DNA of 64,000 nt from a virus: the IMG/VR virus record IMGVR_UViG_3300042198_000079, positions 64,001 through 128,000 of that record. The stretch is one strand, 5' to 3'. Of the stretch, positions 18,461 through 28,411 are shown piece after piece. Each line of letters begins with the position of its first letter. Position 1 is the first letter of the stretch. The notes below the pieces were generated by a model. The model did no database searches, was not told where the DNA came from, and saw only the letters and a list, made by a program, of their open reading frames with translations. The position numbers and the translations under genes were made by a program.

Positions 18461-20923
18461 TCAAGCACATGAAGCAAATTCTTTAAACAAATCTACTTCA
18501 CCGTATGTTTGAAAATTAGGAAATCTCCAATTCAAAACTTCAAATGAAGTCTTTAATCCTGAATAGATTGTTCTTTCCCACATTCCGTAATAGTCAGGAA
18601 TCAATCCAAAGTCATAAGGAAATTCGGTTTTATATGCTATTCTTTCTATTCCATAAGAATTTTGCATAACACTCATAACTTTAATATCATCGCCATCAGT
18701 AATAATTGGATATTTTTTAATATTGTATAATTCTATCAATTCATTATACTTCAAAGAAGCCTTTATATGAAAGGGAACTCCTTTTTTCACATTTTTATAC
18801 TTCTTTATATTTTTACAAGATATTCTTGTTGCCAGATTATCTATTGGCGTTTCTGAAAATTTTTCCCAATGTTCAGAAAGAACATCACAAACTTCAGATT
18901 CGCTAAAACCATTCAATATACAATTTTCAAAAACATCTCTTAGTATTCCTTTTGCTTCTTTAGAAATCGTCGATTTTCTTACAGAAACTCCTCTGTATTT
19001 GTATTCTAGTTTATTCTTTCCTTCAGAACAACGAACACGCATAACATAGTTTTTCTTTTTTAAGAAAAGAGAATAATCACTGGCAACTTCCCATCCAAAT
19101 TTACAACGAGGATCAATGGAATTATATTCATTTTTACAAAATATTTCTACTTTTTTGTTTAAAATTTTGGTCAAAGAATTTAAAACTTTAATTCCGTCAT
19201 TAGTAAGACCATCAGAATCAAAATAATCTAATGTGAGAACTTTAACCATTAAAGAATCAGTATCTGAAGCAACCACGCACGATTCATCATTAAAAATATC
19301 TTCCATTACAGTTGCAGACTTTTTGATCAAATTTTGACCAGTGGAAGTTACGCTTTCTGCACATTCTACATCATACATACAGAAATATTTGCATCCACAT
19401 GCTCCATATACAGAATTAATCAAAATCTTAATTGCATATTGTTCGCTATCCAAAATCTTTTTCTTATCTGGATCTTCGGTAGTTTCTATCAATTTTTTGA
19501 TACGAACACGTTCAGAATATGTTTTGTCCAAATATTCTGGAATGATTCCTTTAAAAGATTGATCGAAAATTATTCCACAAGAAGAAAGAGAATATTTATT
19601 GGATTTTAAATAAGCATCAAAACCATCTAAAGGCATTATTTTTTCTTTATCGAGTATAGAAAATTTAACTTGTCCATCTGTTTTTTTAATAACTTTTCCA
19701 ATTTTAGTTTCGGGGGAAATATTCAAAGTTATCATTGTATTTGGATACAATGAATTAACGTCAAAAACGACAATTCCGGTATGAATGCCCGGAATTGGTT
19801 CTTTAACAAACCCCCCTTCAAAATCTACAGAAGAGTCGTCGTATATATTAGAAGGAATAATTCTTTTCTTTTCCCATGCGGATTTGGCAAGACATCCTTC
19901 GATGATTCTAACTTTACCCAAAGCAGAATTCAATGTGGTAAATCCCTGCGTAACCGTATTTCTTGCAATTTGCAAAAACGATTTTTTTTCATCTAGATCT
20001 ACCATCAATCTAACGTCTTGAATATTGTATTCTACAAATTTTCTCCAATCGTTATTGGAAAGAGAATAAAGCGAACCTTCATATTTTATTTTGCCTTCCA
20101 AACCAGAATAAGTGGAAACATATTCCAATGAATAACTTTCTAATTTAGAAGGATGCATGTATTCAAACAACAATTTATAATCAACATGGGATATTCCCGG
20201 AATATCCCATTTATCGTATTGCGTTTGACGTTTTCTATTTAACTTTTTAGTAGAATAGATTTTTCTAATGGGAGACAGAGATTCTGGAGGGATTTTCAAT
20301 CTTTTCAATCGATTGACAATATATGGAATATCGAATTCTTCTCCGTTCCATGTTACCAAAATATCAGGAAGGGAAGAAATTCTATATGCAAAATTTTCTA
20401 ATAGTTCTTTTTCAGTTTTAAAGTAATAATATATATTTCTGTCATCAATCGGATCACATTTTTTTATTCCCCAAGTATAGGTGATATTGTCAATTGAATC
20501 ATGACAAGAAATCACATTTATCGGAAATTTGGAATCTTCTGGTTGAGGAAATCCATCATTTTCTGGATCTACATCGACTTCAATGTCCAAATACCATATT
20601 CTCATTTTAAATGAGGAATCCAACCCTTTGTCTTTATATTTTAAGAAAAGATATTGTTGGTCACAAGGTAAATTAAAATAAACTTTGCCGTAATTGTCTT
20701 TGGCAAAAGTATTACGTTCATATGAATTAGAAAACCTTTTTAAGACTAAAGGTTCATCATAGATGGATCTTGCGTCTTCTACATTGTCGTGTATAGATTT
20801 TTGAGTGTATAAAAACGGCTTGTAATTAATTATCGAATGATTTCTGGTGCCACTGTCGTCATAAATCCATTCATGAATATTTGATGTTTTTGAATCAAAA
20901 TAAACATTAGACAATTTTATCAT
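18461..20923 (-). CDS. Family B DNA polymerase (gp43-like)
   Basis: Exo motifs DIEVD, WNGEEFDIPY, YNIQDV; Pol motifs DVNSLYP, KILINSVYG, SDTDS, KKNY. Confidence 0.97.
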   Translation of the reverse strand: MIKLSNVYFDSKTSNIHEWIYDDSGTRNHSIINYKPFLYTQKSIHDNVEDARSIYDEPLVLKRFSNSYERNTFAKDNYGKVYFNLPCDQQYLFLKYKDKGLDSSFKMRIWYLDIEVDVDPENDGFPQPEDSKFPINVISCHDSIDNITYTWGIKKCDPIDDRNIYYYFKTEKELLENFAYRISSLPDILVTWNGEEFDIPYIVNRLKRLKIPPESLSPIRKIYSTKKLNRKRQTQYDKWDIPGISHVDYKLLFEYMHPSKLESYSLEYVSTYSGLEGKIKYEGSLYSLSNNDWRKFVEYNIQDVRLMVDLDEKKSFLQIARNTVTQGFTTLNSALGKVRIIEGCLAKSAWEKKRIIPSNIYDDSSVDFEGGFVKEPIPGIHTGIVVFDVNSLYPNTMITLNISPETKIGKVIKKTDGQVKFSILDKEKIMPLDGFDAYLKSNKYSLSSCGIIFDQSFKGIIPEYLDKTYSERVRIKKLIETTEDPDKKKILDSEQYAIKILINSVYGACGCKYFCMYDVECAESVTSTGQNLIKKSATVMEDIFNDESCVVASDTDSLMVKVLTLDYFDSDGLTNDGIKVLNSLTKILNKKVEIFCKNEYNSIDPRCKFGWEVASDYSLFLKKKNYVMRVRCSEGKNKLEYKYRGVSVRKSTISKEAKGILRDVFENCILNGFSESEVCDVLSEHWEKFSETPIDNLATRISCKNIKKYKNVKKGVPFHIKASLKYNELIELYNIKKYPIITDGDDIKVMSVMQNSYGIERIAYKTEFPYDFGLIPDYYGMWERTIYSGLKTSFEVLNWRFPNFQTYGEVDLFKEFASCA

Positions 20924-21216
20924 TTTTTATTCGTGTTAGATATGCTAGATTTTAACAGAAGTCCTTCTTGGTAATTTCTTATTTCGATAAAGGACTCGTT
21001 GAGAAGTTCTGTTAACTTATTTGTAATCTTAGAATCTATACCATCGATCTTTATCTCCTTCAACACACATTCTCCAGAAATCTTAAAAAAAACTTCGTCT
21101 CTTTCCTTTTCTATGTAAAAATTTCTTAAAGCTTTGCCTAATTTTTCAAATTCTTCTTCCCACGAAGAACTAGAATCGTATAATTCTTCAATAACATTTT
21201 TTTCGTCCGATGCCAT
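20920..21216 (-). CDS. Possible YbaB/EbfC-like nucleoid-associated protein
   Basis: Helix, then VFFKISGECVLKEIKID, then LTELLNESF helix; 98 aa. Promoter TTGACA-17-TAAGAT at 21225-21253. Confidence 0.45.
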   Translation of the reverse strand: MASDEKNVIEELYDSSSSWEEEFEKLGKALRNFYIEKERDEVFFKISGECVLKEIKIDGIDSKITNKLTELLNESFIEIRNYQEGLLLKSSISNTNKK

Positions 21217-21249
21217 ACTTTTGTATCTTATAGATTTTTTAGTTCTTTG

Positions 21250-22506
21250 TCAATCTGGAAATTGTTCTTTGTTCAAATTATAAATTAATTTTGATTCTTT
21301 TCTGGATTTGTCGCCATATGGAGTCAGAAACAATTTTAAATAATCGTCCATGTGATCTTGTATAAATAATCCCTCTGCTCTTTGTCTGGATTGTTTAGAA
21401 ATTTCACTATAATTTCCATTTAATACTTCGTCTATTTTAGAAATCATTTCCTCTCCACTTTGAAATTTATATCTAGCATCAGCATACGGAGGACATTCTT
21501 GAGCAACACATGGCAACCCCTGAACCCAAGAATCCAAAAGTTTTTGCCAACTTTTAGAATGTGAAAAATAATTTGCTATTAAAGGAGCAATAGTGCATTG
21601 CACATTTAAACTTTTAAGTTTTTCAGGAAAATCCATAATGTTTACCCATTCGTGAAATTCAATTTGTCCAGAATCTACATATTTTTTAAGATATACTGGA
21701 CAACCACCAAATAAAACCCATTGATATTTATCTAATGTCTCTATTATGGATTTTCCTACGTGTATAAAATCATCATACAAGTCTTCTTGTTTCTCGACCT
21801 TTCCTGTAATTTTAAAATGAGTTGGGCTACCGTTCCAACAAACTCTTGGTTTCTTTTTATTTTTTTCAAAATTTCTTAAAACATTTTCTTCATTATAATG
21901 ATTTCCTGCCCATCTTTTTGAAATCAAGTTTGGAAATGTTGTAATTTTATTATAACCTAATGTATTTCTGTATGTCTCCTTCATAAAAGAAGAACAAACT
22001 ATAAATTCATCGCATAAGTTTATAATTTCTTTGACTCTAGAATCGTGGTTCGGATCTTTGAAATTTTCTTTTGCAGCATTGTAATCCGGTATACCATGGT
22101 GATATTTTCCGTCGAGTCCTTTAACACTTAACAAAAAGAGATCATCGACTTCAAATATTAATTTAAATGCTGTTCCTTTTTCTGCTAAAATTGATTGTTG
22201 TAAGTTTTTAAGGTTTTTGAAATATTCCAATTGGTGTTGTTCGCCCTGCCTTTGTATAATAACAGCATTAGAATTAGTAAAAGTTTCTTTTGAAAAAATC
22301 ATCATATGGCTTGTGTTTACAATGCCCTTTCCGTGATAGCTAAGGTGCATTAGTGGTTCCATTAGCCTGATATAAGAACACCCGCTAGAATCCGCCAAAA
22401 AGGACGTTATAACGGGAATTTGATTGATGATTGGGGAACGGGGAGAATTTTGATTTTCTAAATTTACATTAGTATTTTTAAATTCTCTCTTAAACTGTAA
22501 TGCCAT
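21250..22506 (-). CDS. GT-B fold glycosyltransferase
   Basis: ADSSGCSYIRL, IIQRQ, IFEVDDL, CWNGSPTH, IAPLIANYFSHSKS, GLPCVAQ..PY. Confidence 0.8.
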   Translation of the reverse strand: MALQFKREFKNTNVNLENQNSPRSPIINQIPVITSFLADSSGCSYIRLMEPLMHLSYHGKGIVNTSHMMIFSKETFTNSNAVIIQRQGEQHQLEYFKNLKNLQQSILAEKGTAFKLIFEVDDLFLLSVKGLDGKYHHGIPDYNAAKENFKDPNHDSRVKEIINLCDEFIVCSSFMKETYRNTLGYNKITTFPNLISKRWAGNHYNEENVLRNFEKNKKKPRVCWNGSPTHFKITGKVEKQEDLYDDFIHVGKSIIETLDKYQWVLFGGCPVYLKKYVDSGQIEFHEWVNIMDFPEKLKSLNVQCTIAPLIANYFSHSKSWQKLLDSWVQGLPCVAQECPPYADARYKFQSGEEMISKIDEVLNGNYSEISKQSRQRAEGLFIQDHMDDYLKLFLTPYGDKSRKESKLIYNLNKEQFPD

Positions 22507-22546
22507 ATAAATAGATATATTTTTATCTATTCGACATCAAATAACA

Positions 22547-24235
22547 TTATGCATTCACCAAAACGGTTTCTCTATCTATTTTTTCTAAATGTATAATCTT
22601 ATCAAAAGAAAACGAAACTGATTCTCTGTGAGTTATAAAAAATACACAATGATTATTTTCGATTGCTCTTTCTCTTAATAACTCTAATATAGAAACTATA
22701 CCAACTTCATCTATAGATGAATCTAAAAGTTCATCACAAACAAATAAATTACAATCAAATCCAGTCACTATTTTTTTAATGTCTTGCAGTGCTAAAAGAA
22801 TTGATACGTCTATTCTTTTTGCTTCGCCTCCAGATAAACTCCCATACGATATTTCTTTTTCTTTTTGAAAAATAACAACATCGAAATTGTTTTCTACTTT
22901 TATTGAATAAGGAAAATTAAAAACATTTGCATAATTAGCTAGAATATAATTAAACTTATCTAATATTTTGGGAATTATTATAGACTTTATACCTTTATCT
23001 CCTAAAAGCTGAATAGCATTTAATTGAATATCCATTTGAAATAATTTTTCGTCTAAAAGAGTAGATAAATTTTTTATTTCTTCGTCATATTTTGAAATTT
23101 CTAAAATCAAACTATTATTGTCTAATTTTTGGTTTAATTTTATATTAATTTCTTTTATTTTCTCATATAATGGATCTAGTCCATTTTTCATTTGTTCAAC
23201 TATATTGTTATTTTCTAATATAGATTTTTTTAAATCGTTTTCTATATAAATGATTTGTATATGTCGATCTTCCCTTTTAGATATTTTGTTTATTAAGTTT
23301 TTTATTTTTTCTTCATATTCTACTTTGTGCGTCATATCTGCACTGTTCCAACTTTGTTTACAGGTTGGACATATGTTTGGAGTTTTATAAACATTAGAAG
23401 ATTTAAGAAGTTCTAATTCTTTTTTTAAACCTATTAACTGATTAGAAATTTTTTGTTTTACTTCTTCTAATTGTTTTAGATTACTGGTATTTTCTTTTAT
23501 TATATCTAAACTTTTTTCTAAAATAGATGTATCGTATTTTGATATTTTTAATTCGATATTTTTTTTATCTTTGTTTAATTGTTCTATCAATATAGAAAAT
23601 TTTTCTTCTTCGTTTTTCAATACATCTTCTAATCTTTTTTTACCGTTCTTTTTTTCTTGTAAAGATGAATAATCAATATCTATTTCTTTTTGTAATTTGT
23701 TTTTATCTAATCTTGCTGCTTCCAGCATGTCTCTTAAAACAGTTAAATCAAAAATAGATTCTAAAAATTTTTGTCTATTTATTGGCGTTTCTGATAAAAA
23801 ACTATTTGTTTTTGTGTCGAGAAATATAGAATTTCTTGCAAATTTTTCATTACAATGAATTATTTGGCATATTTCTTTATTAGTTTCGTCTACAGATTTA
23901 GTTATATCTTGACCATTTTTAATAAAAGTAATTGACGTGGGTATTCTTCTAGTCAGTTCATATTCGTCTTCCCCTATAGAAAAATATAGTTTTACACAAG
24001 TAGATCCGCCTTTTCTATTTCTAATTTCTGATTGTTTTATTCTTCGGAATGCCTCTCCGAATAAAACCCAAAAAATACTATCTAAAATTAAAGCAGATTT
24101 ACCTACTCCATTTCTGGAATTTTTATCTTTATTAAATCCTTGAACAAGTGTTAATCCAGAATTGTAATTTAATTCTATCTGACTTGTAATTGACAAGAAA
24201 TTTGAAACTATGATTTTTTTGAACTTTACAAACAC
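22547..24235 (-). CDS. Recombination ATPase subunit (gp46/SbcC/Rad50-like)
   Basis: NFLS, RNGVGKS, CPTCKQ zinc hook, LSGGE, CDELLDSSID, FITH. Confidence 0.95.
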   Translation of the reverse strand: MFVKFKKIIVSNFLSITSQIELNYNSGLTLVQGFNKDKNSRNGVGKSALILDSIFWVLFGEAFRRIKQSEIRNRKGGSTCVKLYFSIGEDEYELTRRIPTSITFIKNGQDITKSVDETNKEICQIIHCNEKFARNSIFLDTKTNSFLSETPINRQKFLESIFDLTVLRDMLEAARLDKNKLQKEIDIDYSSLQEKKNGKKRLEDVLKNEEEKFSILIEQLNKDKKNIELKISKYDTSILEKSLDIIKENTSNLKQLEEVKQKISNQLIGLKKELELLKSSNVYKTPNICPTCKQSWNSADMTHKVEYEEKIKNLINKISKREDRHIQIIYIENDLKKSILENNNIVEQMKNGLDPLYEKIKEINIKLNQKLDNNSLILEISKYDEEIKNLSTLLDEKLFQMDIQLNAIQLLGDKGIKSIIIPKILDKFNYILANYANVFNFPYSIKVENNFDVVIFQKEKEISYGSLSGGEAKRIDVSILLALQDIKKIVTGFDCNLFVCDELLDSSIDEVGIVSILELLRERAIENNHCVFFITHRESVSFSFDKIIHLEKIDRETVLVNA

Positions 24236-24265
24236 TATAAAATCTATATTAAATTAGTTACATTT

Positions 24266-24901
24266 TCAAGAAACAAGATCGTTTATTTTGTTTCTATATT
24301 TTTTTATAAAATTTTCGTCTATTATTGTATTTTCTTCAACGAAATTTTCTGCTATTCTTTCGTATTGTAAATGAAAAAAATCTTCAGGTGAAGAAAAAAA
24401 TTCTATGTAAGATTGATTTTCGTTTAACCACCATTTTTGGTCATCGATACTAAAACATTCCTTTATTAATTTACAAAGATCCTTTGTATTGTTATACAAA
24501 TCATTCGCATAAGATTCATAGATTATGTTGTGTTTAGATTTGTTAAAATATAAATCTTTATGGTCTTTGTATTGATAACTCGTAACACAAACATTGTAAT
24601 CGTTTATTTCTTTATTTTGTTTTTTTAACAAATTGTAGATTATCGGGGTTGGATCTTCTCGATAACAATAAAATATATTTTTTCTATTAATATAGACATT
24701 GGTCAGATCATTTGTATACATTCCCCAAAAATTTTCTTTAGAACTTTCTTGAAAATAACTTTTGGGATATGCTGTAGTTTGTAAAAATATTTCAATACAA
24801 CAAGAAACTAAATCTAGTCCAGAAAAAGGAAAACCAATCAAGACCGGATAATCTTGATTGGTCATAAAAGACGTATAAAAGCTTTTATTGTAGTCTTCCA
24901 T
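24266..24901 (-). CDS. Hypothetical protein, weak sulfotransferase-fold resemblance
   Basis: PVLIGFPFSG, YCYREDP, IIYE loosely match LxSxPRSG / RDP / YE. Confidence 0.35.
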   Translation of the reverse strand: MEDYNKSFYTSFMTNQDYPVLIGFPFSGLDLVSCCIEIFLQTTAYPKSYFQESSKENFWGMYTNDLTNVYINRKNIFYCYREDPTPIIYNLLKKQNKEINDYNVCVTSYQYKDHKDLYFNKSKHNIIYESYANDLYNNTKDLCKLIKECFSIDDQKWWLNENQSYIEFFSSPEDFFHLQYERIAENFVEENTIIDENFIKKYRNKINDLVS

Positions 24902-25386
24902 TACGAACCACTGCTTCCTAAACCACCTCTTGATTTTTTCTGAGGAATTTCGCTTTCAACCAATACAATTTCTGGAATAGGCATAATTATAATTTGTGCT
25001 ATCCTATCTCCCTTTTTGTATATTTTATCATAAATAGCACTATCTTCTTCTCCATTAATATGATTAGATAATAATACATATGAAGGACTCATATATAATC
25101 TATAATTAAGAATAATTTCGTCAGTATAGCCATGATCAATAACGGCAACAGAGTTGACTAAACTCAAACATTTATTTTTAATAGACGATCTTGGGAAAAC
25201 ATATCCTACATAATTTTTTGGAATATTTATTCCTATCCCGGTTTCGTAACTTATAATACACGTATTATTCGTTTCTCTTTTTATATCACCTTCTTCCAAA
25301 GCATATATATCAAATGCGGCATCATATTGATTGGCTTTTGTTGGAATTTTTGCATCCACATGATGTTTGTATAATTCAATATTCAT
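24901..25386 (-). CDS. dut: dUTPase (trimeric)
   Basis: DAAFDI, VFPRSS, AVIDHGYTDEI, GDRIAQ, RGGLGSSG. Confidence 0.95.
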   Translation of the reverse strand: MNIELYKHHVDAKIPTKANQYDAAFDIYALEEGDIKRETNNTCIISYETGIGINIPKNYVGYVFPRSSIKNKCLSLVNSVAVIDHGYTDEIILNYRLYMSPSYVLLSNHINGEEDSAIYDKIYKKGDRIAQIIIMPIPEIVLVESEIPQKKSRGGLGSSGS

Positions 25387-25819
25387 TATATTTTAGTATT
25401 TCTAGTGCTTTTTGTAAATCTTTTTCTTCTATTCCGAAATTGTAATTTATTTTTATATGGAAAGGTATTTGATAATCATTAAATACCACACTTGATAAAT
25501 CGTCAAATATACAAAATTTATCTGCCAATATGTTTATATTGTTTGATGATAACCATTCTTGTATTTCGTCTCCTTTTCGTTTGGAGAAATGTTTTGTTTT
25601 ATCTATAAAATTCCCAAATAGATTATTATTATTTGTAAAGTGTTTTAATTCGTCGAAAGTTTCATATAAATGTGTTTCGAACACTATTTCACATTTTGGT
25701 ATTTTTGCAACAAAGTCATTCCAAATATTGACAATTTTTTTAGGTATTGTAATAGAATTTATATTCTCAGTAATAGGTAATAAAGTTCCGTCAATATCTA
25801 AAAAAATTATTTGTCTCAT
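25376..25819 (-). CDS. HAD-family protein (RNA-repair HAD-like)
   Basis: IFLDIDGTL, KGDEIQEWL, FCIFDD, GIEEKD. Confidence 0.8.
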   Translation of the reverse strand: MRQIIFLDIDGTLLPITENINSITIPKKIVNIWNDFVAKIPKCEIVFETHLYETFDELKHFTNNNNLFGNFIDKTKHFSKRKGDEIQEWLSSNNINILADKFCIFDDLSSVVFNDYQIPFHIKINYNFGIEEKDLQKALEILKYNEY

Positions 25820-25974
25820 TAGTCTATATCTGTATAAAAAGATTGAATCAAATATTCGACAATATAATCTAATTGATCTTCATCGAATTCAACATCACAT
25901 TCGGATAATAGATTTTCTATTTTTTCTACTATCGTTTCTTTGTCGTCTTCATATTGTAAATGCTTTTTCGACAT
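25819..25974 (-). CDS. Small acidic hypothetical protein (51 aa, not in ORF track)
   Basis: MSKKHLQYEDDKETIVEKIENLLSECDVEFDEDQLDYIVEYLIQSFYTDID*; stop overlaps the next ATG. Confidence 0.6.
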   Translation of the reverse strand: MSKKHLQYEDDKETIVEKIENLLSECDVEFDEDQLDYIVEYLIQSFYTDID

Positions 25975-26003
25975 AATAATATCTACTAATTAGTATTTTA
26001 TGT

Positions 26004-26234
26004 TTAGTTTTTTAAAGAAATTATCCTGCCGTTGTCAGGAGACGATTTGTCAAACTCAACAATAACTTTATCACCAACAACCACGCCCATATATTTCTTT
26101 CGAACTTCTTTATTTGGATAACATGTTAAATCAACGAAATTTTCGGCGTTTTCTTCTAAACGAACTAAAAACTTTCCACCTTTTAAGATTTCTTTTATCA
26201 AACCTTCTTTTTTTAAAAGATTTTCTTTTCCCAT
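26004..26234 (-). CDS. infA: Translation initiation factor IF1 homologue (divergent)
   Basis: MGKENLLKKEGLIKEIL..KFLVRLE..VRKKYM..VVGDKVIVE..PDNGRII follows the IF1 pattern. Confidence 0.85.
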   Translation of the reverse strand: MGKENLLKKEGLIKEILKGGKFLVRLEENAENFVDLTCYPNKEVRKKYMGVVVGDKVIVEFDKSSPDNGRIISLKN

Positions 26235-26235
26235 A

Positions 26236-27084
26236 TTATTTATAATATATTTTTTCTAACATATTTCCGTTAGTAGAATGCATTTTTTCTAGAAAATTTA
26301 AAACTTCTTCAATGCCCATTGGTTTTGCCTGAGTTGGATTAAATCCGTGTTTTTTTTCAAACAATAAAAGAGCATCTTTAAAATTCTGTAAGAATTTTTC
26401 TTTGTCTTTTCTGATTATTGAACACGAATGATTTTCGTCTTGCTCTCCAATATATTGATCAGAATTTGCAATATCCGCCCACCATCCAAATCCAGTCGAA
26501 AACCCATTTTTGAAAATTCTATATGAATGTTCAACATGTTCCATAGCATTGACGAAATTTTCATCAATATATCCAACAATAGGTATAATTGCGCTGTTAT
26601 AATAACTAAACGATCCAAGGATATTTGGATGAAAAGTAATTTCATATTTTTCATCCATACATTCGTAATCAACGGAATTGATTATAATCGAAGAACCATC
26701 AGAATTTACGTTTGCATTTCCGTGCTTGTGGAAATTAAAATGATAAATTCCACTTGTATATGCATGTTTGATATATCTTTCAAAGATAGAATTATCTTTG
26801 AGTAACATATCATCCTCGATTAAGAAGATATGTTTTTTATTTTTATTTCTGAGAAATCTTAATAATTCATTTTTTGCATGTCCGACAGAAAGCGTTTCTT
26901 TATTAATTTCTTTAGAAACTAAAGAAAATTTATCTTTATTATATTCTATAGGTTCTGTGCCGGAATTGAAAATTAAAATTTCTGACAAATAATCAGTATC
27001 TATAGAATTTAATAAATTATTAAAAAATTCTGGTCTGTTACATGTAATTAAACCAACACCTATATCTTCTTTAAAAATACTCAT
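26236..27084 (-). CDS. GT-A/GT2-like glycosyltransferase
   Basis: IGVGLITCNR, VGHAKN, IFLIEDD, VGYIDENF. Promoter TTGACA-17-TACTAT at 27094-27122. Confidence 0.85.
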   Translation of the reverse strand: MSIFKEDIGVGLITCNRPEFFNNLLNSIDTDYLSEILIFNSGTEPIEYNKDKFSLVSKEINKETLSVGHAKNELLRFLRNKNKKHIFLIEDDMLLKDNSIFERYIKHAYTSGIYHFNFHKHGNANVNSDGSSIIINSVDYECMDEKYEITFHPNILGSFSYYNSAIIPIVGYIDENFVNAMEHVEHSYRIFKNGFSTGFGWWADIANSDQYIGEQDENHSCSIIRKDKEKFLQNFKDALLLFEKKHGFNPTQAKPMGIEEVLNFLEKMHSTNGNMLEKIYYK

Positions 27085-27118
27085 ATGAGATATATAGTAT
27101 CATATTGATTTTTTGGTG

Positions 27119-28411
27119 TCAATATCCCCAAGAATTAATTTTATTAATTTTTTTCTTAAATTTTGTTTCAACAACAAAATCACGTAAATTAAAAATTTTA
27201 GATTTTTCTGGAATGTAATAATTACATGGACGTGTTTCAGTTAAAAACCAAAAATATTTTTCTGGATGTTTTGGTTGCAATGCTGTTCCTTGCCCATCTG
27301 TTATAATAAAAACAGAATCTGGATGCTGTTTCATTTGATTAACTTCGTTCGCAATAATATCGAATCTTGTCCCACCTCCAACTGGAATAGAACAATCTTC
27401 GTTTTTATAGATTTGTGTTATATTAGTTAATGTATCATCAAAAACATACACTTTAATATTAAAATATTCTTCTGGAATCATTCTAGATGCAGATACAAAC
27501 ATATCAACATATTTTTCACAACTTCCACTAACATCTAAAAATAAACAAATGTTGTTTTTATTTTTTAAAAGTGCATCGTTTTTATTTTTACCGGGAAATA
27601 TAAAAGACGAATTACGCATTATGGACGAATATCTTCTATTTTGATAACCCCATTGTGGTTGATTTTTAACTCTTTTGATACTGTATCTACACCATTTATC
27701 GATAACAGAATACCAAGGTTTTTTCTGAGAAAGATTATTTAACCAATTAATCGTTTTGTTGTTTTGATTGCCGCAAAACGATTGAGATTTAATTTCAGAT
27801 TCTATCTCTTGAGGATCATAAGATTCATATGATTCAAAATATTTTTGAATAAAATCTTGAAAGGTTTCTAATTTTTCTAACCCACTAATATTTTCCATAG
27901 GAAAATACATAATATCACTATTATTATTTTCTTCTGAATTTTTTCTTAGAAGATCGAAATAGTATTCGACGCTTTTATTGTAATGATTTTCTATAGGTCC
28001 ATATTTTTCGGTATCGTGAAACACAGTATCCACCCATGCAATTTTATCTGCTAAATCAGGAGATAAACTGTTTCTTTTTATGTTTAAAAAATCATTAATG
28101 AAATGATTAATATAAACATCTGTTGAGATATTAAATATCTCATATTCGCTTTTATCAAGATCTTTTATTCTCCATAAATGTCCGAAAAATAAATGACACA
28201 TTTCATGGCAAATAACAAATACTTTATCTAAATCTGTTTTTGTAGTTTCTTTCCAAAAAGAAGGATTTACATAAAATGTAATTTTATTTTCATGTAAACT
28301 TACACAAGCAGTTTCTATAGAATTGTTTTCTATAACATTTCCATAACCAACCATTAATTTAAATAATTCATGTTGATCGTAGAAATGGTGACGATATTCT
28401 TTTATATTCAT
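27119..28411 (-). CDS. HExxH metallopeptidase-like + VWA domain protein (DUF2201-type)
   Basis: ETACV, FVICHEMCH, DVSGS MIDAS motif, GGGTRF, IITDG. Confidence 0.88.
   Translation of the reverse strand: MNIKEYRHHFYDQHELFKLMVGYGNVIENNSIETACVSLHENKITFYVNPSFWKETTKTDLDKVFVICHEMCHLFFGHLWRIKDLDKSEYEIFNISTDVYINHFINDFLNIKRNSLSPDLADKIAWVDTVFHDTEKYGPIENHYNKSVEYYFDLLRKNSEENNNSDIMYFPMENISGLEKLETFQDFIQKYFESYESYDPQEIESEIKSQSFCGNQNNKTINWLNNLSQKKPWYSVIDKWCRYSIKRVKNQPQWGYQNRRYSSIMRNSSFIFPGKNKNDALLKNKNNICLFLDVSGSCEKYVDMFVSASRMIPEEYFNIKVYVFDDTLTNITQIYKNEDCSIPVGGGTRFDIIANEVNQMKQHPDSVFIITDGQGTALQPKHPEKYFWFLTETRPCNYYIPEKSKIFNLRDFVVETKFKKKINKINSWGY

Noticed and set aside
22506-22513. TATAAATA on the + strand
   Set aside because: It points away from the adjacent - strand gene and has no + ORF downstream; likely chance in AT-rich DNA.
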